Shown here piece after piece: positions 8,886-20,058 of a stretch of DNA of 64,000 nt (position 1 is the first letter of the stretch; every line of letters begins with the position of its first letter). Both the position numbers and the translations under genes were made by a program. The notes beneath the pieces were generated by a model. It did not search any database. It was not told where the DNA came from and was given only the letters and a program-made list of their open reading frames with translations. The stretch is from Nitrospiraceae bacterium (GTDB lineage Bacteria > Nitrospirota > Nitrospiria > Nitrospirales > UBA2166), in NCBI GenBank assembly GCA_002726235.1, contig PBSN01000008.1, forward strand, positions 561,781-625,780, given 5' to 3'.

Positions 8886-10946
8886 ATGCAGACATTGAAT
8901 CACGTCTCATGGAGCATGCTCCAAGCACTGCTGATCGTAAGCTTCACTCTTCTTACCGCATTGGGTCCTTATGGCGGCAACGCAAACGCCCAACCTCGCC
9001 AGGAACAGCAACCAAACCAACACCCGCAACCAGAGATGCTCCCACAAAATTCCTCTGAACCGGGATTGGAGACCTCACTTCCAAGTGCTGTTATTCCTCG
9101 ACCCGAGTTGGCTAACCGAACCCCACAGGAAATCGTTCTCAATTTTGACAACGCCGATTTGTATAAGGTCATTAAAATCATCGCAGACATTCTTGAGGTG
9201 AATTATATTATCGATCCGAAAATTAAAGGCACCGTCAATATCCACGCAACTGGAGCGATTTCACGAGATGACCTCATGGTCATTTTTACAGATATCCTCC
9301 GAATCAATCGGGCTGCTATCGTTAAGAACAAAGCCGTCTACCATATCGTTCCAATGGGTGCCATACGAACAAAAGCACTTAAGCTGCGACACCCCCCTAG
9401 TGAATCGCCAGAAAACATTGGCGATCCATCAAACACTGTGACTATACAGATCATTCCACTCCGCTATATCGCGCCATCAGAAATCGAAAAAATCGTGAAA
9501 CCCTTTCTCTCGTCTGGCAGCCATGTAATCGGATATGAAAAAAGTCGTCTGCTTCTCATTACCGATTTTCCAGACAATATTGAAAAGGTCCTATCAATAG
9601 TTGAACTCCTTGATATCAATGTCTTCGAACAGGTCAAGGTTCGACTCTTTCCGATCAAAAACGCGGATGTTACTGACATCGCGCAGGAACTCGAAAAACT
9701 CTTTGCAGCGTTCGAGTTGCCAAGCAAAAGTGGTCGTGGCACAGGGATCACGTTCGTACCTATCACCCGCATTAATTCACTCCTTGTCATCAGCTCTCTT
9801 TCAGAAGCGCTACACGTCGCAGAGCGATGGTTGAAAGAAATGGATACTCAAGAGGGAGAGATTGACGTTCGAACCTTTATCTACCACGTCAGAAACGGCA
9901 TTGCGACCGAGTTGGCCGATATCCTCAACAGCATTTTTGTGCAAAACAAGGAATCCATTCCGGGACAACCACGGACCGCAACTGTCACTGCCAATGACCA
10001 ACAAACCACAAACGCAACTCAATCTTCTGACACCAAAAGCGCCGCTGGAATAACCGGAGAAGTCGAAGTCATCTCCTATGCTACGACTAACACCCTCATC
10101 ATTAAATCAAATCCAAGAGATTACGAGATCGTAGAAGGCATCCTTGAAGAACTGGACATCGTTCCACGCCAAGTATTGATTGAAGTTGCTATTGCTGAGG
10201 TTACATTGACAGAAAACACCGAATTTGGAATCGAGTATGCATTCCAGGACAATGCCACAGATATTACTCCACTTGAGGGCTCCGGGGCCCTGGGATTCAC
10301 AGGTAGGTTTATGAAAGTTCGATCTGGGGACCAAAGAACCCTTTTGGCAACGTTATCGGCCTTTGCAGGCGAAACCGAGCTTCGAGTACTCGCATCCCCA
10401 CACATCATTGCCACCGATGGGAAGGAAGCATCAATTCGTGTGGGAGATGAAGTAGCAATTCGAACCAGTGAAGCGCGACCAACAGGTGCAGACGCCGGGA
10501 GCCCGGTTGACGTGACCATTCAAAGACGGGATACCGGGACGATTCTTCGTGTCACACCTCATATCAATGCGACAGGGCTCGTCACCCTTGAGGTTGACCT
10601 TGAAAAGAGCAACGTGACCCCTCCATCGGAAGGAGCATCGGATGTTGGCATTAACAAAAGAACCACATCGACCACAATGGTCGTTCAAGATGGGGAAACA
10701 ATCTTAGTCGGAGGACTGATTGACGATACCGTGACCGATACCATCAGCAAGGTCCCAGTATTGGGAGATATTCCATATCTTGGAATCCTCTTCAGAAACA
10801 CGACAACAACAGTTAACCGCATTGAACTGATTCTGTTGATCACACCACACGTTATCCGCAATATCAACGAAGCCATCGAGGCGACAGACGGCTTCACAAC
10901 TAGAGTTCCTGCAGCTCAGGAACAACTTACAAGCTATGACCGTTAA
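8886..10946 (+). CDS. gspD: T2SS secretin D, copy 1
   Basis: Signal peptide ending ANA|Q, N0 (IVLNFDNAD), N1-N3 repeats, LDIVPRQVLIEV, ETILVGGLI, KVPVLGDIPYLGILF, ELILLITPHVI. Start uncertain (8853/8886). Confidence 0.93.
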   Translation: MQTLNHVSWSMLQALLIVSFTLLTALGPYGGNANAQPRQEQQPNQHPQPEMLPQNSSEPGLETSLPSAVIPRPELANRTPQEIVLNFDNADLYKVIKIIADILEVNYIIDPKIKGTVNIHATGAISRDDLMVIFTDILRINRAAIVKNKAVYHIVPMGAIRTKALKLRHPPSESPENIGDPSNTVTIQIIPLRYIAPSEIEKIVKPFLSSGSHVIGYEKSRLLLITDFPDNIEKVLSIVELLDINVFEQVKVRLFPIKNADVTDIAQELEKLFAAFELPSKSGRGTGITFVPITRINSLLVISSLSEALHVAERWLKEMDTQEGEIDVRTFIYHVRNGIATELADILNSIFVQNKESIPGQPRTATVTANDQQTTNATQSSDTKSAAGITGEVEVISYATTNTLIIKSNPRDYEIVEGILEELDIVPRQVLIEVAIAEVTLTENTEFGIEYAFQDNATDITPLEGSGALGFTGRFMKVRSGDQRTLLATLSAFAGETELRVLASPHIIATDGKEASIRVGDEVAIRTSEARPTGADAGSPVDVTIQRRDTGTILRVTPHINATGLVTLEVDLEKSNVTPPSEGASDVGINKRTTSTTMVVQDGETILVGGLIDDTVTDTISKVPVLGDIPYLGILFRNTTTTVNRIELILLITPHVIRNINEAIEATDGFTTRVPAAQEQLTSYDR

Positions 10947-13095
10947 CGTATGTCATGGACTCTCTCCCATTTTCTCATGGGGACGGTGGAGAACTGTTTT
11001 GTATTACCCCCTCCTGATCTTCCTCGGTAGTACCCTCTGGGTCGGATGCGCTGGGCTTTACGGACTCACTGCGCAAGACGATTCCCCTCATACCACCTTG
11101 CCGAAGCAACCCCCTCTAAGCTCCACATCACCCACTCACGACCTCCCCAATTCAAACAAAGAACTCGTGCAATCGCACATGGAGACTTTTGATGCCGAGT
11201 CTATCGCGCAGGATGAACAACCTCAACACGCTCTTCAAGAAACTGAAGCGCCACGCTCACCAATTCAACAACCATTGGCGCAGACATCTTCCGAAAACCC
11301 AGAGAATATTGTCCTCAATTTTGACAACGCAGAACTCCACAAAGTCGTCAAAGTTCTCGCTGACGTCTTAGAGATTAATTACCTAATCGACCCTAAAGTG
11401 AAAGGCACGGTAAATCTCCACATAAGGGGAGAGATCGCGAAAACTGACCTCCTGGCACTTTTTGATGACATTATGCGCATCAACCGCGCTGCGATCATTA
11501 AGATCGGTCCAATCCATCACATCGTCCCCATGGCGGCAACAACAAATACCAAGTTGCCAATTGTTAGTCACCCCTACAACACAGAGGGGTCGACCATGCG
11601 GCATTCACGCGTAGCAGTCCATCTTGTTCCACTCAGGTATATCGCACCAACCGAAGTCGCGAAAGTCATCAAGCCATTTCTCTCGCCAGGAAGCCATATT
11701 GCGACCTATGATAAAAGTCAGCTGTTGCTCTTTACTGAGTTCACCAACAATGTCAAGACGATTCGATCGTTGATTGAACTTTTTGACACTAATGTCTTCG
11801 AGCAAGCCACCGTCAGGCTCTACCCTATTCGCCTCGCCCAAGTCAACGACATCGCGCAGGAACTTGAGAAGATTTTTGAAGCGTTTGAACTTCCAACAAA
11901 AAGTGGCGTCGGTATCGGAGTGAATCTCGTCCCGATCCCTCGAACGAATATTCTCCTCGTCATTAGTACAATTCAAGAATCCTTTGATCTCGTGGAGCAT
12001 TGGTTAGAGCAGTTGGACAAGGAAACGGGTGGCACCGAAATTAAAACCTACATCTATCATGTCAAAAACGGCATCGCCGAGGAGCTGTCAGAAATCCTCA
12101 GTAGCATCTTTGCCCAACAAAAATCTGATGACCGCCCCGCAAGAACCGCCGCCCTTACCACACAGCCTCAATCATCACGCGCATCAGGATCTCAAGATGA
12201 GCTTACGGGTGAGGTAACGATCATTCCGTATGCAACCACAAATACACTTATCATCAAAGCCAATCCTCGCGACTTTGACGTTGTGCAAGGCATCCTGGAA
12301 GAACTAGATATCATACCGCGGCAGGTATTGATTGAGGTCATGGTCGCCGAAGTAACGTTGAACGAGAACCTGGAATATGGCGTTGCCTACTCTTTTTTGA
12401 ACAAAGGCAATCCCACCGTACCTCGACTGATGGGAAGCGCAACTGGAACGCTCAGCGCAGACGTGCTGAAGATCGATGCCGGGGAACGCGTCAACCTTCT
12501 CGCGCAACTACGTGCACATGCTGATGAGTCTAGCGTCCACGTCTTGGCCTCCCCTCATCTTCTCGTAACCAACGGAAAAGAGGCCTCTCTTGAGATCGGC
12601 GATGAAATTGCAATCCGTACAGCAGTTTCTGAAGGGCCTGGCGTTGACCCCGGCGCCGCCGAAGCAACGGTCAGAAAAGATACCGGCACGATTCTTAAGA
12701 TTACACCGATTATAAACTCTACCGGCCTAGTCACCATGGACCTCGATCTGGAAAAGAGCAATGTTGCCCCCCCTGCAGTCGGAAGTAGCGATGTGTCAAT
12801 CTCCAAACGCCAAGCCGTCACTTCAATGGTCGTTCAGGACGGGGAAACTATTCTTGTCGGAGGACTGATTGATGAAACGGAACGTGAAGCCATCGTGAAA
12901 GTTCCAGGACTAGGAGATATTCCATACATCGGATCCCTCTTTCAGACCACGACGTTGAATAAGAGCCGTATCGAACTCGTCCTTCTCATCACACCCCATG
13001 TCATTCGTGATATTCCAGACGCCTCAGAAGCCACTGCCCGCTTTGTCGCCAAAGTTCATGCAATCAGAAACCTTATGACTGATCGTGGATATTAA
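10936..13095 (+). CDS. gspD: T2SS secretin D, copy 2 (possible lipoprotein)
   Basis: Same N0-N3 plus secretin architecture (LDIIPRQVLIEV, KVPGLGDIPYIGSLF); the hydrophobic N-region ends in lipobox-like LWVG|C. Confidence 0.93.
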   Translation: MTVNVCHGLSPIFSWGRWRTVLYYPLLIFLGSTLWVGCAGLYGLTAQDDSPHTTLPKQPPLSSTSPTHDLPNSNKELVQSHMETFDAESIAQDEQPQHALQETEAPRSPIQQPLAQTSSENPENIVLNFDNAELHKVVKVLADVLEINYLIDPKVKGTVNLHIRGEIAKTDLLALFDDIMRINRAAIIKIGPIHHIVPMAATTNTKLPIVSHPYNTEGSTMRHSRVAVHLVPLRYIAPTEVAKVIKPFLSPGSHIATYDKSQLLLFTEFTNNVKTIRSLIELFDTNVFEQATVRLYPIRLAQVNDIAQELEKIFEAFELPTKSGVGIGVNLVPIPRTNILLVISTIQESFDLVEHWLEQLDKETGGTEIKTYIYHVKNGIAEELSEILSSIFAQQKSDDRPARTAALTTQPQSSRASGSQDELTGEVTIIPYATTNTLIIKANPRDFDVVQGILEELDIIPRQVLIEVMVAEVTLNENLEYGVAYSFLNKGNPTVPRLMGSATGTLSADVLKIDAGERVNLLAQLRAHADESSVHVLASPHLLVTNGKEASLEIGDEIAIRTAVSEGPGVDPGAAEATVRKDTGTILKITPIINSTGLVTMDLDLEKSNVAPPAVGSSDVSISKRQAVTSMVVQDGETILVGGLIDETEREAIVKVPGLGDIPYIGSLFQTTTLNKSRIELVLLITPHVIRDIPDASEATARFVAKVHAIRNLMTDRGY

Positions 13096-13096
13096 T

Positions 13097-14632
13097 ATGT
13101 CCGAGACACTTCTCCATCTCAACGATTACCCACCAAACCCTCATTTCTGTGAAACCCTTCCTCTCAAGTTTCTGAAAGAACAACACATTTTCCCACTCAC
13201 CCTCGATGGAAATCGCCTTTCGGTAGCCATGGCAGATCCAACAAATATGACCACTGTTGACGCCATTCAACTGGCGACCGGATACGAAGTCATCGGACAT
13301 CCAAGCTCTCCCGAAGATATTCTCCAGGCCATCACTAAGTTGTATCAGCAACATTCTGCGATGGGAGAAATCATCGGAGATATGCAGCCAGAGAATCAGG
13401 AACTCGCTCAGGTTTTGGCGGATGACCACGGAGAAGACGATATCAAACATCTCCAGGATGTCGCGTCAGAAGCCCCCGTGATTCGTCTTGTTAACCTCAT
13501 CATTACACGAGCGCTCGATGCAAGAGCGAGTGATATTCATTTTGAACCATTTGAACGGCAATTTCAGGTTCGATACCGAGTTGACGGCGTTCTCCATGAC
13601 GCAGAAGCACCTCCCGCACACCTTCAAGCAGCCATTACCTCCCGCATAAAGATTATGGCAAAACTCAATATTGCCGAGCGCCGCCTCCCTCAAGATGGCC
13701 GAATCAAACTAAAAATTGGAGGCAAACATATCGATTTTCGCATCTCCACCCTCCCCACCATGCACGGTGAGAGCGTCGTCATGCGTATTTTGGACCGAGG
13801 AAATCTTACCTTGGATCTCATCAGTCTTGGGTTCCCAGATGATATTCGATCAAAGCTCGAAAAAATGATTACTCGACCCTACGGGATGATTCTTGTAACA
13901 GGGCCAACAGGAAGCGGAAAAACAACGACGCTCTATACTACCCTTGCAAAAATCAACTCGCCGGAGAAAAAAATCATTACCATCGAAGATCCGATCGAAT
14001 ACCAGCTCCGTGGGGTTAATCAGATTCAAACGAAACCGGAGATCGGACTCTCATTTGCCAACGGGTTACGTAGTATCGTACGGCAAGATCCTGACGTGAT
14101 CATGGTTGGTGAAATTCGTGATCGAGAAACGGCAGAAATTGCGATCCAATCTGCCCTCACCGGACATCTTGTCTTTTCCACGTTACACACCAACGACGCA
14201 CCTGGAGCCATTACCCGCCTTCTTGAGATGGGCATCGAAGACTATCTGCTTGCGTCATCAATTATCGGCGTTCTTGCCCAACGACTTGTGCGATTAATCT
14301 GCAGCGAATGCAAAGTCCCGTTTGAACCTGATCCAGGATTCTTAAAAGAGTATCATGCCATAGCGAAGCATTTATCCACGCCGACGTTCCAGCATGGCAA
14401 AGGATGCCGCCGTTGTAGTGACACCGGATATTACGGTCGTTCGGGAATCTACGAACTCCTTCCCTGCACCGATGACATCCGGAAACTCATTATTCAGCGG
14501 CCAGAAGCTAAAGTCCTACGCGATATCGCCCTACAAGAAGGCATGCGAACTCTGCGAGAAGATGGATGGAGAAAAATTGCCGATGGCCTGACCACCATTG
14601 ATGAGGTCAGGCGGGTTACTCAGGAGGACTAA
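13097..14632 (+). CDS. gspE: T2SS ATPase E
   Basis: ASDIHFEP, ERRLPQDG, Walker A GPTGSGKT, RQDPDVIMVGEIRD, GHLVFSTLH, tetra-Cys (CSEC...CRRC). Confidence 0.96.
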   Translation: MSETLLHLNDYPPNPHFCETLPLKFLKEQHIFPLTLDGNRLSVAMADPTNMTTVDAIQLATGYEVIGHPSSPEDILQAITKLYQQHSAMGEIIGDMQPENQELAQVLADDHGEDDIKHLQDVASEAPVIRLVNLIITRALDARASDIHFEPFERQFQVRYRVDGVLHDAEAPPAHLQAAITSRIKIMAKLNIAERRLPQDGRIKLKIGGKHIDFRISTLPTMHGESVVMRILDRGNLTLDLISLGFPDDIRSKLEKMITRPYGMILVTGPTGSGKTTTLYTTLAKINSPEKKIITIEDPIEYQLRGVNQIQTKPEIGLSFANGLRSIVRQDPDVIMVGEIRDRETAEIAIQSALTGHLVFSTLHTNDAPGAITRLLEMGIEDYLLASSIIGVLAQRLVRLICSECKVPFEPDPGFLKEYHAIAKHLSTPTFQHGKGCRRCSDTGYYGRSGIYELLPCTDDIRKLIIQRPEAKVLRDIALQEGMRTLREDGWRKIADGLTTIDEVRRVTQED

Positions 14633-14730
14633 CTTCCAACTCTTCGCTCCAAGACTCGAAGTGCCACAGTACGATTCCCCTCTTCACTTACTGTAGCTAT
14701 GTTGATGCACGACCACTTCACCACTACTCG

Positions 14731-17091
14731 CTAACATTCATTTGCCGCCTTCTTATCAAACTTCATTAGAATTCCCGGCAAACAGAAAAAGTCGAATGCG
14801 ATCGCAAATGCAATGGAAAGACTAATCATCGCGCCCATACTTGAGTTAAGTCGGAACCCGGACAACAAAAACAGCCCAAATCCAACCACAAGAATGATGG
14901 ATGTGAAAAGCAAGGCATGGCCAACATCGTGAAGAGCATACTGAAACGCCTGCCCACGTTCCTTCCCATTTTCCAGACTTCGCTGATACCGCACCAATAG
15001 GTGAATCGTGTCGTCAATAATTACCCCAAGCGCCGCGGTTGCAACGATTGATACCGCAAAGTCGATATGATCCCCTAGCATTCCCCATACACCAAACGTC
15101 AGGACAATAGGAAGCGCATTTGGAACAAGACTAATCAGCCCAAGACGCAATGATCGAAACGTGATCACGCACACAATCGTGATCAAAACCAGTGCTAACA
15201 TGAGACTCTTGATCATCCCGTGGATAACTCGCTGACTCAGGTAGGTAAACATGACCCAAGTCCCCACGCCTTGCGTGTTAACTTCCTGCATGTTTGCTGC
15301 AACCCATCTCTCGATCTGATCGAGAATCTCCATATGCCTCTTTCCACTAACCTTATGCATGGTAACGGTTACACGAGTACTGGAATAATCCACATTAATC
15401 TGGTTGGTAAGATCCAATCCAAACGGAAGAGACATGGTGTAGAGCAATAAATACTGGGCCAAGAGTTCCTGCGTTTCAGGCAGTTGATAATACGCCGGAT
15501 CATCCGCATGCAAATTCTTATTCAATCTTTTCATGATCGGAACAATCGAATTCACATGTGCTACTTCTGGAATGGTGTCGACATACCGAGTAAACGCTTC
15601 AACCTTTGCCAAAAATGCTGGATCGGTAATTCCATTAGGCTGTCCACTCTGAAGTGAATAATCTGTAAACGACACACCCGTAAGATTAGCATCGACGAAC
15701 TCGGTGGCATCGCGATGCCATGTCCCAACTTTAAAATAATCCAGCGGATTGTTATCGAGTTCGAGGCGAGCAATGAAAATACTGCTTCCGGCGACGATGA
15801 ATAACAACCCATAGAATAGAGGGCGATAGTGTTCTACAACAAACCGCCCGAGAGAATCTGTCCATTCTTGTTTAGGCAGACCATGAGGTGGGACAGACGT
15901 AGACCTAACAGCACAGGGACACACTGCCAGCAAGGCAGGCAAAAATGTCACGGAAAGTATGAAGATAAAGAGAACCCCTATCCCAACTAGAATTCCCAGG
16001 TGCTGCACTGGCGGCACCTCATTAAATATCATGGAAAGAAACCCAATTGCTGTCGTGACCGCAGTCAAAAAAATGGGTGTCAGATTCTTGAGAATTGTCA
16101 CACGAACTGCATCGTCCTGCTTCAAACCTTCACGCCGAAGTCGCGTGTAGCTCACGACAATATGCACGGAATATGCAATCGCAATGGCAAACAATATCTG
16201 AGGAAACGCAAATGAAACGGCTGTAAGAAAAATTCCAAGGTGTCCAGACATTCCTAGCGTAAACATAATCGATAATAAAACAACAAGAAGCGGAAGGATC
16301 ACACCCCACGTTGACCTGACAAGCAACACCAGAGCGATGATCGTTAGCCCAAGCATCAGCGGAAGTATCTTGCTCATCTCCTCCTCAGGTGTTTTGGCAA
16401 AGGCATGATTCGTCGCTACAATCCCGACAATGCGATATTCAATATCTGGATGCACCACCTGCTCATGCGTGATAAGTTTCTCGACAGCGGCATAAATATC
16501 ACTAGCTGAAGTTGGGTTTTCTTCGAGAGAAGGAAAGAGCACTCGGGCGTTCACCTGCGTCACACGACCATCAGCGGAAAGGAGCAATCCATTGAGCAAC
16601 GGTTCCACAAGGGCAATCTGTTGTTTCTCATCCAGCTCTTCCTGTGTAAGTGGCAACGCAGAGACAAGATCATCGACAAGAAGGTCATCCTCTCTGACTT
16701 CGGTGTGTTGAAAGTTAGTCACAGAATCAACCCTGGTGACATATTGAGCCTTCCAAAGTGCAGCAGTCAGACTACGGACAGTTTCAAGGACTTCGTTCGA
16801 GAAAACCCGTTGATCTGGATGCTGGATGACAACAGCCACATTGTCGTCTTGAACATATACGGCTTGAAAATCGTCAAACGCCCGCAGCTGCGGATTATCC
16901 TGCCCAAAAAACACGCGATAGCTTGAGTTGAATCCGGTATTGGGAACGCCCGCAGCTCCTAGCGCGAACAAAAGGAGGGGTCCGATGATGAAAAACCATC
17001 GGTATTGCAGAAGGATCCGGGCATACCATTCGGCAATAACTTGGTCCAAGCGCTTATGAGTCACACGCTCATCCGGTACCACAGCATTCAT
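14731..17091 (-). CDS. MMPL/RND-family transporter
   Basis: Two TM bundles with periplasmic domains; TAVTTAIGFLS, GVIIDDTIH and LPFGLDL motifs. Confidence 0.88.
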   Translation of the reverse strand: MNAVVPDERVTHKRLDQVIAEWYARILLQYRWFFIIGPLLLFALGAAGVPNTGFNSSYRVFFGQDNPQLRAFDDFQAVYVQDDNVAVVIQHPDQRVFSNEVLETVRSLTAALWKAQYVTRVDSVTNFQHTEVREDDLLVDDLVSALPLTQEELDEKQQIALVEPLLNGLLLSADGRVTQVNARVLFPSLEENPTSASDIYAAVEKLITHEQVVHPDIEYRIVGIVATNHAFAKTPEEEMSKILPLMLGLTIIALVLLVRSTWGVILPLLVVLLSIMFTLGMSGHLGIFLTAVSFAFPQILFAIAIAYSVHIVVSYTRLRREGLKQDDAVRVTILKNLTPIFLTAVTTAIGFLSMIFNEVPPVQHLGILVGIGVLFIFILSVTFLPALLAVCPCAVRSTSVPPHGLPKQEWTDSLGRFVVEHYRPLFYGLLFIVAGSSIFIARLELDNNPLDYFKVGTWHRDATEFVDANLTGVSFTDYSLQSGQPNGITDPAFLAKVEAFTRYVDTIPEVAHVNSIVPIMKRLNKNLHADDPAYYQLPETQELLAQYLLLYTMSLPFGLDLTNQINVDYSSTRVTVTMHKVSGKRHMEILDQIERWVAANMQEVNTQGVGTWVMFTYLSQRVIHGMIKSLMLALVLITIVCVITFRSLRLGLISLVPNALPIVLTFGVWGMLGDHIDFAVSIVATAALGVIIDDTIHLLVRYQRSLENGKERGQAFQYALHDVGHALLFTSIILVVGFGLFLLSGFRLNSSMGAMISLSIAFAIAFDFFCLPGILMKFDKKAANEC

Positions 17092-17124
17092 ATTTTGTAT
17101 ACGAGTTGTTGCTGTGGGAGCAAT

Positions 17125-17739
17125 TCAGGAAGGAAACAACCAAGGCACATCCGTCTTTCGCTTTGCTTCGTAGACGGCAATATCACCCTCATACTCTAGG
17201 GTGAGACCAATCGTATCTAATCCGCTGAGAAGACAGGACTTACGAAAGGGATCGATGACAAATTGAATCAACTGACCTTCAGGACGGGTAATAGTTTGAG
17301 CATCAAGATTCACCGTGAGCTGATATCCCTCGGTTGCATCGACAGAACAAAATAATTCATTGATAGCATCCTCAGGAAGTACAATCGGCAACATGCCATT
17401 CTGAAAACAATTATTGTAAAAAATATCTGCGAAGCTCGGAGCAATTACACATCGAATCCCATAATCAAGTAAGGCCCACGGCGCATGCTCACGAGATGAT
17501 CCACAGCCAAAATTATCTCTCCCAAGCAGAATTGCCACACCGGAAAAACGCGCCTGGTTCATGAAAAATGTCGGATCGGGAGTACCATCTGGCATACACC
17601 GCCAATCATAGAACAGACCGTCTTTCAGCCCAGTACGCTGGACTGTTTTAAGATATTGCTTGGGAATGATCTGATCGGTATCGACATTTAACCGATCAAG
17701 AGGAGCCACAAGCCCTGTTAGGGTTGTGAATGGATCCAT
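17125..17739 (-). CDS. leuD: 3-isopropylmalate dehydratase small subunit
   Basis: [32 protein letters not shown]. Confidence 0.97.
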   Translation of the reverse strand: MDPFTTLTGLVAPLDRLNVDTDQIIPKQYLKTVQRTGLKDGLFYDWRCMPDGTPDPTFFMNQARFSGVAILLGRDNFGCGSSREHAPWALLDYGIRCVIAPSFADIFYNNCFQNGMLPIVLPEDAINELFCSVDATEGYQLTVNLDAQTITRPEGQLIQFVIDPFRKSCLLSGLDTIGLTLEYEGDIAVYEAKRKTDVPWLFPS

Positions 17740-19136
17740 GAGCGAATATCCACAAAGTGTCCTTCAATCGCAGCCACAACCGCCATTGCTGGAGAGACCA
17801 GATGGGTCCGTCCACCTTTCCCCTGTCGTCCCTCAAAGTTTCGGTTACTCGTAGATGCACAGCGATCACCAAACTTGAGTACATCGGGATTCATGGCCAA
17901 GCACATCGAACATCCCGCCTCTCGCCATTCAAACCCCGCCTCTTGAAATACCTGATCCAAACCCTCATCTTCAGCCTGTCGCTTTACCAGACCTGAGCCA
18001 GGCACAACCATAGCGTGAACACGTTGATGAACCTTTTTCCCTTTAGCGTATTTCGCCGCAAGTCTGAGGTCCTCAATTCTCCCATTTGTGCATGAGCCAA
18101 TAAATACCTTATCAATCGAAATATCGGTGATCGGAGTTCCCGACGTCAGTCCCATATAATCCAATGCTTGCTCTGTCGCAACACGTAACCTGTCATCCGT
18201 GATGGTTTTCGGATCGGGCACATACTGATCAACGGCTGTCCCCATCCCTGGACTTGTTCCCCAAGTGACTTGAGGCGCAATACTCTCAGCCCGCAATTCA
18301 AGAACCCTGTCAAACGTCGCATCTGAATCCGTGCTGAGTTGTCTCCAGGCCTCAGCGGCAGCGTCAAATGCCTTTCCCGCAGGAGCAAGCGGCCGACCGC
18401 GAATATAATCAATCGTACACTCATCTGGAGCGACCATCCCTGCTCGTGCTCCAGCTTCAATCGACATATTACACAACGTCATCCGGCCCTCCATTGAGAG
18501 CGCTCGTATAGCCGAACCGGCGTACTCGATGATATACCCTGTTGCTCCCGCTGTTCCAATTTTTTCGATAATGGCAAGAATGATATCTTTTGCTGAGCAA
18601 TAGTGAGAGAGCGTTCCATCCACCTGAATCAATATCGTTTTGGGCTTCGTCTGTAGCAGACACTGGGTTGCGAGAACGTGTTCAACTTCACTTGTACCGA
18701 TACCAAACGCCAATGTGCCAAAGGCTCCATGAGTTGACGTGTGGGAATCCCCACACACAATCGTCATTCCAGGTAGAGTGAAACCCTGTTCGGGGCCAAT
18801 CACATGAACAATCCCTTGTCGGTGATCATCAAGAGCAAAGAAAGGAATGTCCCATTCTCTACAATTCTTTTCCAGAGCATCTATTTGCTTTGCACTACTC
18901 GGATCTGCAATACCATGACTACGATCGGTAGTCGGGACATTGTGATCAGGCACTGCTAAGGTAAATTCGGGATGTCGCACCGTCCTTCCCGCAAGTTTTA
19001 ATCCCTCAAACGCCTGCGGCGACGTCACTTCGTGCACGAGATGACGATCAACATAGAGTAATGTAGTCCCGGCCTCATTCTCGCGAACAACATGACCACC
19101 CCATATTTTCTCGAACATCGTCCTCCCTGACATCAC
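17718..19136 (-). CDS. leuC: 3-isopropylmalate dehydratase large subunit
   Basis: [51 protein letters not shown]. Confidence 0.98.
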   Translation of the reverse strand: MMSGRTMFEKIWGGHVVRENEAGTTLLYVDRHLVHEVTSPQAFEGLKLAGRTVRHPEFTLAVPDHNVPTTDRSHGIADPSSAKQIDALEKNCREWDIPFFALDDHRQGIVHVIGPEQGFTLPGMTIVCGDSHTSTHGAFGTLAFGIGTSEVEHVLATQCLLQTKPKTILIQVDGTLSHYCSAKDIILAIIEKIGTAGATGYIIEYAGSAIRALSMEGRMTLCNMSIEAGARAGMVAPDECTIDYIRGRPLAPAGKAFDAAAEAWRQLSTDSDATFDRVLELRAESIAPQVTWGTSPGMGTAVDQYVPDPKTITDDRLRVATEQALDYMGLTSGTPITDISIDKVFIGSCTNGRIEDLRLAAKYAKGKKVHQRVHAMVVPGSGLVKRQAEDEGLDQVFQEAGFEWREAGCSMCLAMNPDVLKFGDRCASTSNRNFEGRQGKGGRTHLVSPAMAVVAAIEGHFVDIRSWIHSQP

Positions 19137-19369
19137 CGCCCCTCTTCAGAATCCACAGATTTACCAGGCGGACGAAAACGTTGTCGGTCTCGTTCAGGAA
19201 TGATCACTGTCGTGACAAACACAAGCAACATGCCGAGTCCCATAAACCACCCTAAACGGCGTTTCGTCGTTTCTCGGCGAATGCGCTTTTTAGCTTGGAA
19301 TCGTACTTTCTCTTCAAGATAAATCCTATACTTTTCCTCTGGGGTCAGTTCCATTTGATATCGACCCAT
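19133..19369 (-). CDS. Small single-TM hypothetical protein
   Basis: [21 protein letters not shown]...TM. Fills the gap between grxD and leuC, and its stop overlaps the leuC start (GTGA). ATG at 19369 chosen over the ORF-track start. Confidence 0.6.
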   Translation of the reverse strand: MGRYQMELTPEEKYRIYLEEKVRFQAKKRIRRETTKRRLGWFMGLGMLLVFVTTVIIPERDRQRFRPPGKSVDSEEGR

Positions 19370-19379
19370 ATTCGTACCT

Positions 19380-19706
19380 TTACGTTCCTTCAAACGCTTG
19401 CTTGAGAAGAGGTTCAATTTCACCTTTGGCTTCCATAGGGTCGAGAACGTCCGTATCACCATAGAAGGTCCCATTAATAAAGACCTTGGGAAGCGTAGGC
19501 CAGTTCGTCATCTTTGTCAGCGCCTCACGTTTTAGCGGATTTTCAAGAACGTCTAGCAATGCGTACTCATACCCATATTTATCAAAAAACTCCATTGTCT
19601 CCGCAGTAAACCCACATCGTGGTTCTGTTTTCGTCCCTTTCCCATAAATCAGAATCTTATGTTTTTCTATTTCTCGATCAATTTCTTCCTGAATATGATC
19701 TGACAT
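19380..19706 (-). CDS. grxD: Monothiol glutaredoxin (Grx4/GrxD family)
   Basis: KGT..PRCGFT, WPTLPKVFING, GDTD. Confidence 0.9.
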   Translation of the reverse strand: MSDHIQEEIDREIEKHKILIYGKGTKTEPRCGFTAETMEFFDKYGYEYALLDVLENPLKREALTKMTNWPTLPKVFINGTFYGDTDVLDPMEAKGEIEPLLKQAFEGT

Positions 19707-19732
19707 GATACGCTCCTCCCTACATAGAAGCT

Positions 19733-19972
19733 TTACGATCCGTCTGTGGCTTCGGCTGTGATCTCAAGCGCATGAATACGGCCATCTTTCATCGGCTCAT
19801 CCAATGCTTGATAAATCATACGGTGTCGATCCATTATCGGTTTTCCGACGAACGCGACGGAAACCACCTTCAGTTTAAAATGGTCCATTGTGCCTTTCAG
19901 GTCGATCACCGAAACAACCGCATCCGGCATTACACATTGAATATATGAGGTCACAACATCATTCGTAATCAT
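19733..19972 (-). CDS. BolA family protein
   Basis: DHFKLKVVSVAFVGK..RHRMIY..IHALEI; adjacent to the monothiol glutaredoxin. Confidence 0.92.
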   Translation of the reverse strand: MITNDVVTSYIQCVMPDAVVSVIDLKGTMDHFKLKVVSVAFVGKPIMDRHRMIYQALDEPMKDGRIHALEITAEATDGS

Positions 19973-20058
19973 TTATCTCTTTCTCCTAGAAATATGAACG
20001 GGCATGCGCATCATACCAACGCGCTCAACCCGAACGCAATTCACGGCACGGCCTCACA

